64,000 bases of DNA from NCBI GenBank assembly GCA_963836185.1, contig CAWIIQ010000004.1, forward strand, positions 1-64,000. Direction: 5' to 3'. Positions within the stretch are counted from its first letter, which is position 1. Every line of letters starts with the position of its first letter. A program made the position numbers and the translations under genes. Below the pieces are notes generated by a model that saw nothing but the letters and a program-made list of their open reading frames with translations, was not told the origin of the DNA and made no database searches. This DNA comes from Candidatus Krumholzibacteriia bacterium. GTDB lineage: Bacteria > Krumholzibacteriota > Krumholzibacteriia > Krumholzibacteriales > Krumholzibacteriaceae. Of this stretch, positions 21,526 to 29,632 are shown piece after piece.

Positions 21526-22424
21526 TGCGGGTGAAGGCTGAAGCGGCGCAGAGCGTGGTAAGGCGCAATGAGACCGGAAGGGCCGCGGCGAGATTTCTCT
21601 CAAACCGCGCGGCGGCGGCAGGGCTTCTCGTCCTTGCAGTGATCGTCCTCGCAACGATTTTGCCAGTCCTGGTCACTCGCTTCGACCCGGTCGAGATGGA
21701 CCTGTCTGCCTCCCTTCAGGGACCGTCCGCGGGCCACCCGTTCGGGACCGACGCTTTCGGGCGGGACATCCTCTCGAGGGTCCTGCACGGTGGAAGGGTA
21801 TCCCTGGGGGTGGGCCTTGCGGCAAGGTCGATCTCCCTGATACTCGGCCTCCTTGCCGGCACCATCGCGGGATACCGCGGAGGAAAACCCGGCGATCTCA
21901 TCATGAGGCTCGCCGACATCACATTCGCTTTCCCGACACTCCTGCTTCTTATCGCAATCATGGCTGTCGTAACGCCGGGCGTGGGAGCGCTCAGCGTCGC
22001 ACTCGGTGCGGTGGGATGGGCGGCGATGGCAAGGCTCGTGCGGGCCCAGGTCCTCTCAGTCAGGGAGCGCGATTATGTCCAGGCGGCGAGGGCCGCCGGG
22101 GCCGGACATCTCAAACTCATTGTTAGATATATACTTCCGCAATGCATCTCACCCCTCGTGGTGGTCTTCACCCTCGGGCTGGGGATGACGATAATGGCCG
22201 AAGCGAGCCTGAGTTTTCTCGGCCTGGGGATCCAGCCACCCGATCCGAGCTGGGGCGGGATGATATCGAGAGGGATACCGTTCATGCGAACGGCGCCGTG
22301 GCTGACTATCCTTCCGGGCCTTGTCCTTACAATCGTGATATGCTCGATCAACCTCGTCGGGGACGGGCTGCGTGACGCCCTCGACCCGCGAAGGCTCGTT
22401 CCATCGAAAAGAGCGAAGGGATGA
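21525..22424 (+). CDS. Peptide ABC permease (DppC/OppC-like)
   Basis: HPFGTDAFGRDILSR, EASLSFLGLGIQPPDPSWG, GDGLRDALDP. Confidence 0.93.
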   Translation: MRVKAEAAQSVVRRNETGRAAARFLSNRAAAAGLLVLAVIVLATILPVLVTRFDPVEMDLSASLQGPSAGHPFGTDAFGRDILSRVLHGGRVSLGVGLAARSISLILGLLAGTIAGYRGGKPGDLIMRLADITFAFPTLLLLIAIMAVVTPGVGALSVALGAVGWAAMARLVRAQVLSVRERDYVQAARAAGAGHLKLIVRYILPQCISPLVVVFTLGLGMTIMAEASLSFLGLGIQPPDPSWGGMISRGIPFMRTAPWLTILPGLVLTIVICSINLVGDGLRDALDPRRLVPSKRAKG

Positions 22425-22425
22425 T

Positions 22426-23427
22426 ATGAGAGATTCAGCGGCAAGGATCAGCGAGGAGATAGCGGGAGCGGGTGAGAGGCTCGGCCTCGACTGGAGGACC
22501 TCATGGTCGAAAGTCGAAACGGACGCCGCCGGAAAGCTGCGTGTCAGGGTCAGCCGCCCGGAGGTCTTCGCGGAGATCTCACCGCCGGAAGGAGTGGAGA
22601 TAGAGCTGGCCGGCTCATCCCCGGGCAGCATGCTCTGGGCCGTCTCGAGCGTTGTCGATGTGAGGCGCGAGCCGGAGCACTCCTCGGAGCTCCTCACCCA
22701 GGCGATCATGGGCGAGACGATGCTCCGTCTCGACGCGAGGGGTGACTGGTATCTCGTCATGCTCGAGGACGGCTATCACGGCTGGGTGCGTTCATGGAAC
22801 ACAGGCGAATCCCCGTGTGATACGGCCGAGTCGTACGGGCAGCGGGCCGGGGCGATGGTCTCCTCGAGCGTCGCCTACGTTCTCTCCGAGCCGAAGGCTG
22901 GGAGCCTTCCCGTATCCGATATCACAGCGGGTACGCTCGTTGTAACCGGTGATGTAACAGATGGTTACGTTAATATAGAGCTCCCCGGGGGGAGGTCGGG
23001 CTACATCGTGGAAGGATCGCTCGAGGAACTTCCGTCAGGCCCTCCCGCCAGAGAGGCCGTGCTGGAACGGGCGAAATCTTTTCTCGGGATACCGTACATC
23101 TGGGGTGGGACTTCGGCGAAGGGATTCGACTGCAGCGGCCTCGTCAAGAGGGTCTTCAGGATGGAGGGGATAGAGACGCCACGAGACGCGGACCAGCAGT
23201 CCGCGACCGGCAGCCCTGTCGACGCTTCACCGGGCAGCCTGCCGGAGGCGGCTCTTCTCTTCTTCGGCGAAGGGGGCCGGATCACACACGTGGCCATCTC
23301 GCTCGGGGAGGGCCGGTTCATCCATTCTTACGGAGACGTCCGTCAGAACAGCCTGCTCGAGAGCGATCCGGCGCACGAGGAAAAGCTGACGAGGATCTAC
23401 CTTTTTGCCCGCGATCTGCTCGCCTGA
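22426..23427 (+). CDS. NlpC/P60 (C40) peptidase with SH3b domains, YkfC/dipeptidyl-peptidase VI-like
   Basis: LLTQAIMGE..DWYLV..DGYHGWV, FLGIPYIWGGTSAKGFDCSGLV, PRDADQQ, ITHVAI..FIHS. Confidence 0.9.
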   Translation: MRDSAARISEEIAGAGERLGLDWRTSWSKVETDAAGKLRVRVSRPEVFAEISPPEGVEIELAGSSPGSMLWAVSSVVDVRREPEHSSELLTQAIMGETMLRLDARGDWYLVMLEDGYHGWVRSWNTGESPCDTAESYGQRAGAMVSSSVAYVLSEPKAGSLPVSDITAGTLVVTGDVTDGYVNIELPGGRSGYIVEGSLEELPSGPPAREAVLERAKSFLGIPYIWGGTSAKGFDCSGLVKRVFRMEGIETPRDADQQSATGSPVDASPGSLPEAALLFFGEGGRITHVAISLGEGRFIHSYGDVRQNSLLESDPAHEEKLTRIYLFARDLLA

Positions 23428-23494
23428 ACAGGCCGGACCGGGGGTAAATGCTTTTTTTTATTCAGAAAAAAACGAAGTTTTTTTAAAAAACCTG

Positions 23495-23524
23495 TTGACA
23501 AGGTTTTTTTCATTGGTTTAGTTT
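23495..23524 (+). promoter_or_regulatory. sigma70-type promoter with upstream A/T tracts for the outer-membrane protein gene
   Basis: TTGACA (23495-23500), 18 nt containing a T7 run, TAGTTT; A/T tracts at 23452-23490. Confidence 0.6.
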
Positions 23525-23529
23525 TCGCC

Positions 23530-23821
23530 CAAATATACGGCAAGGTGTGTTCGGCGGTTCTGAAAGGGGGTAGCTTCGAACAGCTCGAGCATTTAATAAA
23601 CGCCTGGATCCTGGAATTCAAGCTGGCCTGCGGGCATGGCCGCAGGTTGTGAGGGTTTGAACGCAGGGAGGATAGGAGGTACGGAAACAAAAATATCGCA
23701 GGTCGTCTTTTAGGCGATAGGTCGGAATCACCAGGGAACATATCCGCGCAAAGAGCGCGGTGCAATAGAACACAGGTTCCTGAAGATCTCCCCGTGAGGG
23801 AGGATCCTGCAGGAGGTAGAA
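23530..23821 (+). promoter_or_regulatory. Long structured 5' leader (candidate cis-regulatory RNA)
   Basis: Several hairpins, e.g. TTCAAGCT-GGCCTGCGG/CCGCAGGTT-GGTTTGAA, CCGCGC/GCGCGG, GATCTCCC/GGGAGGATC next to the SD. Confidence 0.45.
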
Positions 23822-25072
23822 ATGAAGAAGATAGTACTGGCAATGTTGATAATCGCGGTCGCTATGCCCGCGTTTGCTTCGGAGACCCGCGTAAGGGCTC
23901 TCGGCCCGATGACGGCTCCTTACATCGAGGACAACTCGAACGTATTCATGTGGCCCGCCACCCTGGTCGGCTATGCCAACCAGGTGACGATCACCGCCGG
24001 CTACTACGATGTAGTCAAGTGGTACGATGACAGGGGCGAATTTGACGATGACATGACCGCCACATTCGGCCTTACCTATGGCCTCGGCGAAGACAACAAG
24101 TACGGTGTCCTGGGCATGTGGTGGCAGGAGCATACCTACGGCCCCAACTACATGGGCGACTGGGCCGGTCCCGGCGGCTACACCTCGTTCGCCGAGAACG
24201 TCTACAACAAATGGAACCTCATGTGGGCGCTCGGCTTCGAGACGATCGACATCGGTATCAGCTTTGACCGCGCCGATGAGATGTACAAGGGCGAAGGCGG
24301 CGGCGAGAAGTATGAGGACTACATCAGCTACCAGACGCTCGGGCTCGGCCTCCGTGCCGACATCGGCGACGCGTCCTACCTGGATGTCGCCTTTGACTAC
24401 ACGAGCGTAGGCTACACCTACCAGGACGGCGGCGACGAGATCATCGAAGCCGATTCGAAGAGCATCATGGCCCTGCGGGCGCGCATGTTCTACGAGTGGA
24501 CAGACGTCATCACCTGGGTACCCTACTTCAACTACAAGTGGGGGACACTCAGCCTGAAGTCGAACGAGTCGGATTTCTATGCTGACGACGACTGCTGGGG
24601 CATCAAGGGCTTCCAGTTCGACATCGGCATCGCGGCGAACATCAATGTCAACGATGACAACCTGATCATCGTCGGCATCGAGCCTTACGGCGTCTACAAG
24701 GGCGAGCCCGCCGAGTGCGGCAGCGACGCTGAAACCGGCGACGAGAAGATGACGATCTTCCCCGGATTCGTGTTCGGCCTCGAGAGCGACGTCAAGGAAT
24801 GGCTGACATTCCGCGCTGGCTGCGACAAGGCCCTTCTGAAGACCACCTACACTGGTGAGTACGAAGGCGAGTCGTACGAAGAGAATTACACCTGGGCGCC
24901 TTTCAACTGGTACCTCGGTCTGGGTTTCCACGTGAGCGATTTCGATATCGATCTTCTGCTCAACAAGGAAGTTCCTTTCTCGATGGGTTACTGGATGACC
25001 GGTTTCCGTCCTGAGGGCGGCGACGACGCCGGCGCTCCTATCGGCATGATCTCCGCGACCTACAACTTCTAG
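23822..25072 (+). CDS. Putative abundant outer-membrane beta-barrel (porin-like) of unknown family
   Basis: AGGAGG RBS, signal peptide (AFA), alternating aromatic strands, C-terminal ISATYNF, strong C-ending codon bias, own promoter and terminator. Confidence 0.75.
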   Translation: MKKIVLAMLIIAVAMPAFASETRVRALGPMTAPYIEDNSNVFMWPATLVGYANQVTITAGYYDVVKWYDDRGEFDDDMTATFGLTYGLGEDNKYGVLGMWWQEHTYGPNYMGDWAGPGGYTSFAENVYNKWNLMWALGFETIDIGISFDRADEMYKGEGGGEKYEDYISYQTLGLGLRADIGDASYLDVAFDYTSVGYTYQDGGDEIIEADSKSIMALRARMFYEWTDVITWVPYFNYKWGTLSLKSNESDFYADDDCWGIKGFQFDIGIAANINVNDDNLIIVGIEPYGVYKGEPAECGSDAETGDEKMTIFPGFVFGLESDVKEWLTFRAGCDKALLKTTYTGEYEGESYEENYTWAPFNWYLGLGFHVSDFDIDLLLNKEVPFSMGYWMTGFRPEGGDDAGAPIGMISATYNF

Positions 25073-25093
25073 GTCCGGCTGTCTGTTGAAAAT

Positions 25094-25134
25094 AGAGGCG
25101 GGAGGCTTTCACAGCCTCCCGCCTTTTCTTTTTT
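25094..25134 (+). terminator. Rho-independent terminator
   Basis: AGGCGGGAGGCT-TTCAC-AGCCTCCCGCCT followed by a T-rich tail. Confidence 0.92.
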
Positions 25135-25172
25135 ACCTGAAAATCCCCCCGAAACCCCTCCAGCGCCCCTGA

Positions 25173-25188
25173 TGGTCTGCTAATTGCA
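25173..25188 (+). promoter_or_regulatory. sigma54 -24/-12 promoter candidate
   Basis: TGGTCTGCTAATTGCA (GG-N10-GC), 32 nt upstream of the rhomboid start. Confidence 0.4.
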
Positions 25189-25220
25189 TTCAAACGGCCA
25201 TAAAACAGAAAGGCGCCGGT

Positions 25221-26465
25221 TTGTATTTCTTCTACTATTTCCCCACGGGGCTCGATGTGCGCTCGCGCAGGACGCCCGTGATAACGTACTTTCTCACAGC
25301 GATGTGCGTAATCCTTTTTATTTTATATAAATACGGACCTGTCAGCGGGGCCTGGAACCTCTCGAACCTCGTATTTCTGCCCGCGGCGCCGAGTCTGCCC
25401 GCCTCACTCGCATACGTATTTCTGCATATGGGCTGGCTGCACCTGGTCGGAAACATGGTTTACCTGCTGATCTTCGGTCGGGCGCTCGAGGACAGGTACG
25501 GCCCGGGGAGGTTCTTCGCGATCTTCGCCCTTACTGCCGTCGCCGGCGCCTGGGTACACGCGTGGCTCGTCGCCTGGCTCGCTCCACGCTTCCTCGTTTA
25601 CGGTGTCATCGGCGCTTCCGGGGCGACATCGGGACTGCTCGGGGCCTTCATGGTAAGGCTCTACTACGCGAGGATAGAGGTCGCGTACTGGATCTTCATG
25701 CCTCTGCAGGCTGTAAACAGAGCCGGACGGAAATTCATACCGGGAGTGATCGGTGTAGTCTCATGGTTCGCTTACCAGGGCGCATACGCAGCGATACAGT
25801 ACGGGATGGACAGCGCGAGCGTAGCCTACGGTGTCCATGTGGGGGGATTCGTGGCGGGTATCATCCTCGCTCTCCTCTTCGGCTCTCTGCCGGAAGCGAG
25901 GGCGGAGAAAAGGCTCGCAAGCGCGAGGAGGGCCTTTTCGAAGTCGGAATTCTTCGCCGCGCAGGCCGATTACCTCGAATATCTCGAACGAAGGCCCTCA
26001 GACGCACAGGTCCATGCCGAGGCGGCGAGGGCGTGCCTCTGCGCGGGGGAGCAGAATCTCGCGAAATCTCACTACTCAGAGGCAGTTTCGGGGCTTCTGG
26101 GCTCCGGGGAGAGGGGAGAGGCCGAGGAGGTCCTGGCAGAGGCGATGCGCTCCCTGAAGGGCTTCACACTCAGCGAGAGGGTGCATCTCGACCTCGCGTA
26201 CGGGATGGAGCGGTCGATGAAATTCGACCTGACCCTCAAAGCGTATGAGAATTTTGCTCTCAGGTACCCATTTTCGGCCGACACGCCCTTCATACTGCTC
26301 AGGATGGCGGGGATACACGAGAGACGGATGGAATGCCCACAGAGGGCTGTGGAATGCTATGAGAGGATAGTGAAGTATTATCCGGAAGACAACTGGGCGG
26401 AATACGCGGATAGCGAGCTGTGGCGGCTGGGGCGCACGGAGTCTTCCGTCGGCGAAAAATCTTGA
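25221..26465 (+). CDS. Rhomboid intramembrane serine protease fused to TPR-like repeats
   Basis: FLHMGWLHLVGNM, GASGATSG, HVGGF; helical C-terminus ending YERIVKYYPE. Confidence 0.88.
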   Translation: MYFFYYFPTGLDVRSRRTPVITYFLTAMCVILFILYKYGPVSGAWNLSNLVFLPAAPSLPASLAYVFLHMGWLHLVGNMVYLLIFGRALEDRYGPGRFFAIFALTAVAGAWVHAWLVAWLAPRFLVYGVIGASGATSGLLGAFMVRLYYARIEVAYWIFMPLQAVNRAGRKFIPGVIGVVSWFAYQGAYAAIQYGMDSASVAYGVHVGGFVAGIILALLFGSLPEARAEKRLASARRAFSKSEFFAAQADYLEYLERRPSDAQVHAEAARACLCAGEQNLAKSHYSEAVSGLLGSGERGEAEEVLAEAMRSLKGFTLSERVHLDLAYGMERSMKFDLTLKAYENFALRYPFSADTPFILLRMAGIHERRMECPQRAVECYERIVKYYPEDNWAEYADSELWRLGRTESSVGEKS

Positions 26466-26490
26466 ACGACTGGCAGTGTTCTGATACTTT
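26462..26490 (+). promoter_or_regulatory. sigma70-type promoter candidate for radC-mre operon
   Basis: TTGAAC, 17 nt, TACTTT with extended TG. Confidence 0.45.
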
Positions 26491-26517
26491 GCAGCAGGGA
26501 ATGCGGGGTGGTGCGGT

Positions 26518-27198
26518 GTGAAGGAAGAAAATGGCAATCCTCTCGACGGTGTAAGGTCGAGGGGTTATCTGAGGGGACTCGGGCGGATTGCCGATACGGA
26601 GCTTCTCGCGCTCGTGATCGGGAGGCTCGCGGCGAGGTCTAGCGTGTCGGTGGCCCAGGAGCTCGTCGAACGCTACGGCGATCTCGCCGGGCTCGGCGAG
26701 GCGAGGATAGAGGAACTGCTATCCTTTCCCGGTATCGGGAAGGCGGGCGCTTTCCGGCTCAAGGCCTCGTTCGAACTCGGCAGGAGAAGCCTCGTAGAAG
26801 GCAGGGAAAGGACGATCAGGAAGGTCCGCTGCCCGGAAGACGTCGCTTCGCTGCTGATCCCCGAGATGAAGGGCCTCGACAGGGAGCATTTCAAGGCGGT
26901 CCTTCTGAATACCAAGAACGGTATTCTCAAGATCGTCACTGTGGCGATAGGTTCCCTGAACGCGGCGCTCGTACATCCGCGCGAGATCTTCAAGGAAGCG
27001 GTGGTAGCGAGCGCGGCGGGAGTCATAATAGTCCACAACCACCCTACCGGCAACCCCGAGCCGAGCAGGGAGGACACTGATCTTACGGTGCGTTTCGCTA
27101 GATGCGGGGAATTGATGGGGATCGATCTTGTCGATCACATCATCATCGGAGGTGACGGTTTCGTCAGCATGCGGGAGAGGGGTCTGGTCACATCCTGA
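26518..27198 (+). CDS. radC: RadC / JAB-domain protein
   Basis: GIGKA HhH, VHPREIFKEA, HNHPTGNPEPSRED, DHIIIG; conserved position before mreB. Confidence 0.93.
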   Translation: MKEENGNPLDGVRSRGYLRGLGRIADTELLALVIGRLAARSSVSVAQELVERYGDLAGLGEARIEELLSFPGIGKAGAFRLKASFELGRRSLVEGRERTIRKVRCPEDVASLLIPEMKGLDREHFKAVLLNTKNGILKIVTVAIGSLNAALVHPREIFKEAVVASAAGVIIVHNHPTGNPEPSREDTDLTVRFARCGELMGIDLVDHIIIGGDGFVSMRERGLVTS

Positions 27199-27213
27199 AA
27201 GGAAGGGAAGTCA

Positions 27214-28248
27214 GTGTTAGGGCGAATCACCACATATTTCTCCAATGATATCGCGATAGATCTCGGTACGGCGAACACTCTCGTCTATCTGAAGGGCAGC
27301 GGCATCGTTCTCAACGAACCGTCGGTCGTAGCGGTCGACCAGAAGACGAAGAAGATCTACGCGGTCGGTCTCGAGGCGAAGGCGATGCTCGGCAAGACGC
27401 CCGATCATATCGCCGCCGTAAGGCCGATGAAGGACGGCGTGATCGCTGATTTCGAGATCACCGAGGTGATGCTCCGCGAGTTCATCCGCAAGTCGCAGAA
27501 GAAAAGATTCTTTATAAGGCCGCGTATCGTGATCAGTGTCCCTTCGGGGATCACCGAGGTCGAGCGCAGGGCCGTCATAGATTCGGCGCAGAACGCCGGC
27601 GCCAGGGAAGTTTATCTCGTGGCCGAGCCGATCGCCGCGGCGATCGGAGTGGGGCTCCCCGTCGACAAGCCCTCGGGCAACATGGTCATAGACATCGGCG
27701 GCGGCACGACTGAGATCGCCGTGATCGCGCTCAACGGGATCGTCACCGATATGTCTATACGTGTGGGTGGAGACAAGATGGACGAGGTGATCGTCCAGCA
27801 CATCAAGAAAGCGTATAACCTTCTGATCGGCGACCAGACCGCCGAGCATGTCAAGAAGGTCATCGGATCCGCTACAAACCTCGGGCAGGAAGAGGAGATG
27901 GAGATCAAGGGGAGGGACCTTGTCTCCGGCATACCCAAGGTCCTGCGCATCTCGAGCGTAGAGATCCGTGAGGCGCTCGCGGAGCCGATGAGCCAGATCG
28001 TCGTCGCCCTCAAGACAGCTCTCGAACAGACCCCGCCAGAGCTCGCGGCGGACATCGTCGACAGGGGAATCGTCATGACTGGCGGAGGCTCGCTGCTCAG
28101 AGGGATCGATGTCCTCCTGAAGGAAGAGACGAACCTTCCGATAAACGTCGTCGAGGATCCGCTGACGTGCGTCGTGCTCGGCACAGGCAAGGTGCTTGGG
28201 AACATCCACCAGTTCGAAGGCATCATAATGAAGAGCTCCCGGTTATAG
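27214..28248 (+). CDS. mreB: Rod shape-determining protein MreB
   Basis: IAIDLGTANT, RPMKDGVIADF, DIGGGTTE, TPPELAADI. Confidence 0.98.
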   Translation: MLGRITTYFSNDIAIDLGTANTLVYLKGSGIVLNEPSVVAVDQKTKKIYAVGLEAKAMLGKTPDHIAAVRPMKDGVIADFEITEVMLREFIRKSQKKRFFIRPRIVISVPSGITEVERRAVIDSAQNAGAREVYLVAEPIAAAIGVGLPVDKPSGNMVIDIGGGTTEIAVIALNGIVTDMSIRVGGDKMDEVIVQHIKKAYNLLIGDQTAEHVKKVIGSATNLGQEEEMEIKGRDLVSGIPKVLRISSVEIREALAEPMSQIVVALKTALEQTPPELAADIVDRGIVMTGGGSLLRGIDVLLKEETNLPINVVEDPLTCVVLGTGKVLGNIHQFEGIIMKSSRL

Positions 28249-28250
28249 GC

Positions 28251-29135
28251 ATGCAGATCTTTTCATTCCTTTTCGACCGTCATATCGAGAAAACGGTTCT
28301 CGTTGCCGCGATAGCTCTTTCTGTCTTCATGCTGACAAGGCCGGAGGACAGCAGGCTCGCCGCGGGGCGAGCGATAAGCTCCTTCCTTCTCTATCCGGCC
28401 AGCAGGGCAGGCGATTATTTTTCAAACGTAGAGAAACTTTCCGCGGAGAACGACAGTCTCCGCACGCGCGTCGTATCGCTCAGCCATGAGAACGAGAGGC
28501 TGACGCAGTTCATGGTCGAGAGGAACAGGCTCAGGGAACTGCTCGGTTTCAGGAAAGACTCGTTCTTCGAGTTCATGCCGTGCGACGTGATAGCGAGATC
28601 ATCGAGCAGGTTCCATCATTCGATAACTGTAGATCGCGGATCTGATTCAGGCGTGCTTCCCGGGATGCCGGTCGTCGGATACAAGGGGCTGGCGGGAAGG
28701 GTGACGCAGGTATTTCCCTCCTCGTCACGGGTCCTTCTGCTCAACAATAAATCTGTCTCGGTAAGCTGCCTCGTCAAGCGAAGCAGGGTCGTCGGTGTGC
28801 TGGCGTGGGAAAGAGGCAGCCTGTTCAGTCTCGATTATGTCGGTAAGGAAGAGGACGTCCTGCCGGGAGATACTCTCATTACGTCGGGATTCGGCAGGGT
28901 CTTTCCAAAAGGGTTCCCTGTCGGAACGGTCTTCCAGGTCGCCGAGGAGAAGACAGAGCTCTCAAGGAGGGTCGGCATCGTATGCATGACCGATCTTAAC
29001 AAGCTCGAGGAGGTCTTCATCATCACAGGCGGCAGGGACTGGAAAAGCGGCGAGGCGTACCTCGAGCTCGAGAAAAGCAGAAAAGAGAAAGAGGCCGGGG
29101 AAGGGGAACCGGACGGGGGAGGTGATGAGCAGTGA
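28251..29135 (+). CDS. mreC: Rod shape-determining protein MreC
   Basis: Coiled coil, ITVDRGSDSGV..GMPVV..GLAGRV, TSGFGRVFPKGFPVG. Confidence 0.95.
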   Translation: MQIFSFLFDRHIEKTVLVAAIALSVFMLTRPEDSRLAAGRAISSFLLYPASRAGDYFSNVEKLSAENDSLRTRVVSLSHENERLTQFMVERNRLRELLGFRKDSFFEFMPCDVIARSSSRFHHSITVDRGSDSGVLPGMPVVGYKGLAGRVTQVFPSSSRVLLLNNKSVSVSCLVKRSRVVGVLAWERGSLFSLDYVGKEEDVLPGDTLITSGFGRVFPKGFPVGTVFQVAEEKTELSRRVGIVCMTDLNKLEEVFIITGGRDWKSGEAYLELEKSRKEKEAGEGEPDGGGDEQ

Positions 29136-29632
29136 CTTATCTGCTGCGGGTCATACTTGCCTCGCTGATCGTCTTTGTCCTCCAGGTCACTCTCGTTCAC
29201 AATGTCACCGTTGCGGGAGCATCACCCGATCTGATAATGGTCATACTCGTCGTCCTCGTCATCGACAGGAATCCGATAACCGGCATCATCGCCGGGTTTA
29301 TGCTCGGTTTTCTCCAGGACCTCGGCAACGCTTCCTTTCTCGGGATGAACGCGCTTGCCAAGACCGTCGTGGGCTACGGGATAGCGAAGTACGGAAGAGA
29401 TTACCTTCCCGACAATATACTCTTCAGGGGACTGCTCGTCTTTATCGCGTGCCTGATCAACGATATCATCACGCTGCATGTCGCGACCTCGTTCGATCCG
29501 GTCGAGGTGATCGTAGCCTTTTTCCGTTACTCGATCCTGTCGGCCGCGTACACAGCGCTGCTGGCGGTGCTTGTCATGCAGATCATCGACATACTTCCAA
29601 GAAGGATGGTGCGGTCCGGTGGCAGGTATTGA
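29132..29632 (+). CDS. mreD: Rod shape-determining protein MreD
   Basis: PDLIMVILV, GFMLGFLQD, polytopic membrane protein, synteny. Confidence 0.92.
   Translation: MTYLLRVILASLIVFVLQVTLVHNVTVAGASPDLIMVILVVLVIDRNPITGIIAGFMLGFLQDLGNASFLGMNALAKTVVGYGIAKYGRDYLPDNILFRGLLVFIACLINDIITLHVATSFDPVEVIVAFFRYSILSAAYTALLAVLVMQIIDILPRRMVRSGGRY

Noticed and set aside
23530-23821. Known riboswitch (c-di-GMP, cobalamin, SAM, glycine) or 6S/SRP/tmRNA in the leader
   Set aside because: I could not find the conserved cores by eye; an Rfam scan is needed.
23618-24931. 437-aa antisense ORF, and similar long antisense ORFs at 11897-13234, 16258-17601, 37168-38778 and 43098-44324
   Set aside because: Shadow frames produced by high GC and codon bias of well-supported sense genes; no recognisable motifs.
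26518-27198. radC as a marker of a mobile element or anti-defence gene
   Set aside because: Full-length HhH+JAB form in the common chromosomal radC-mreBCD context.
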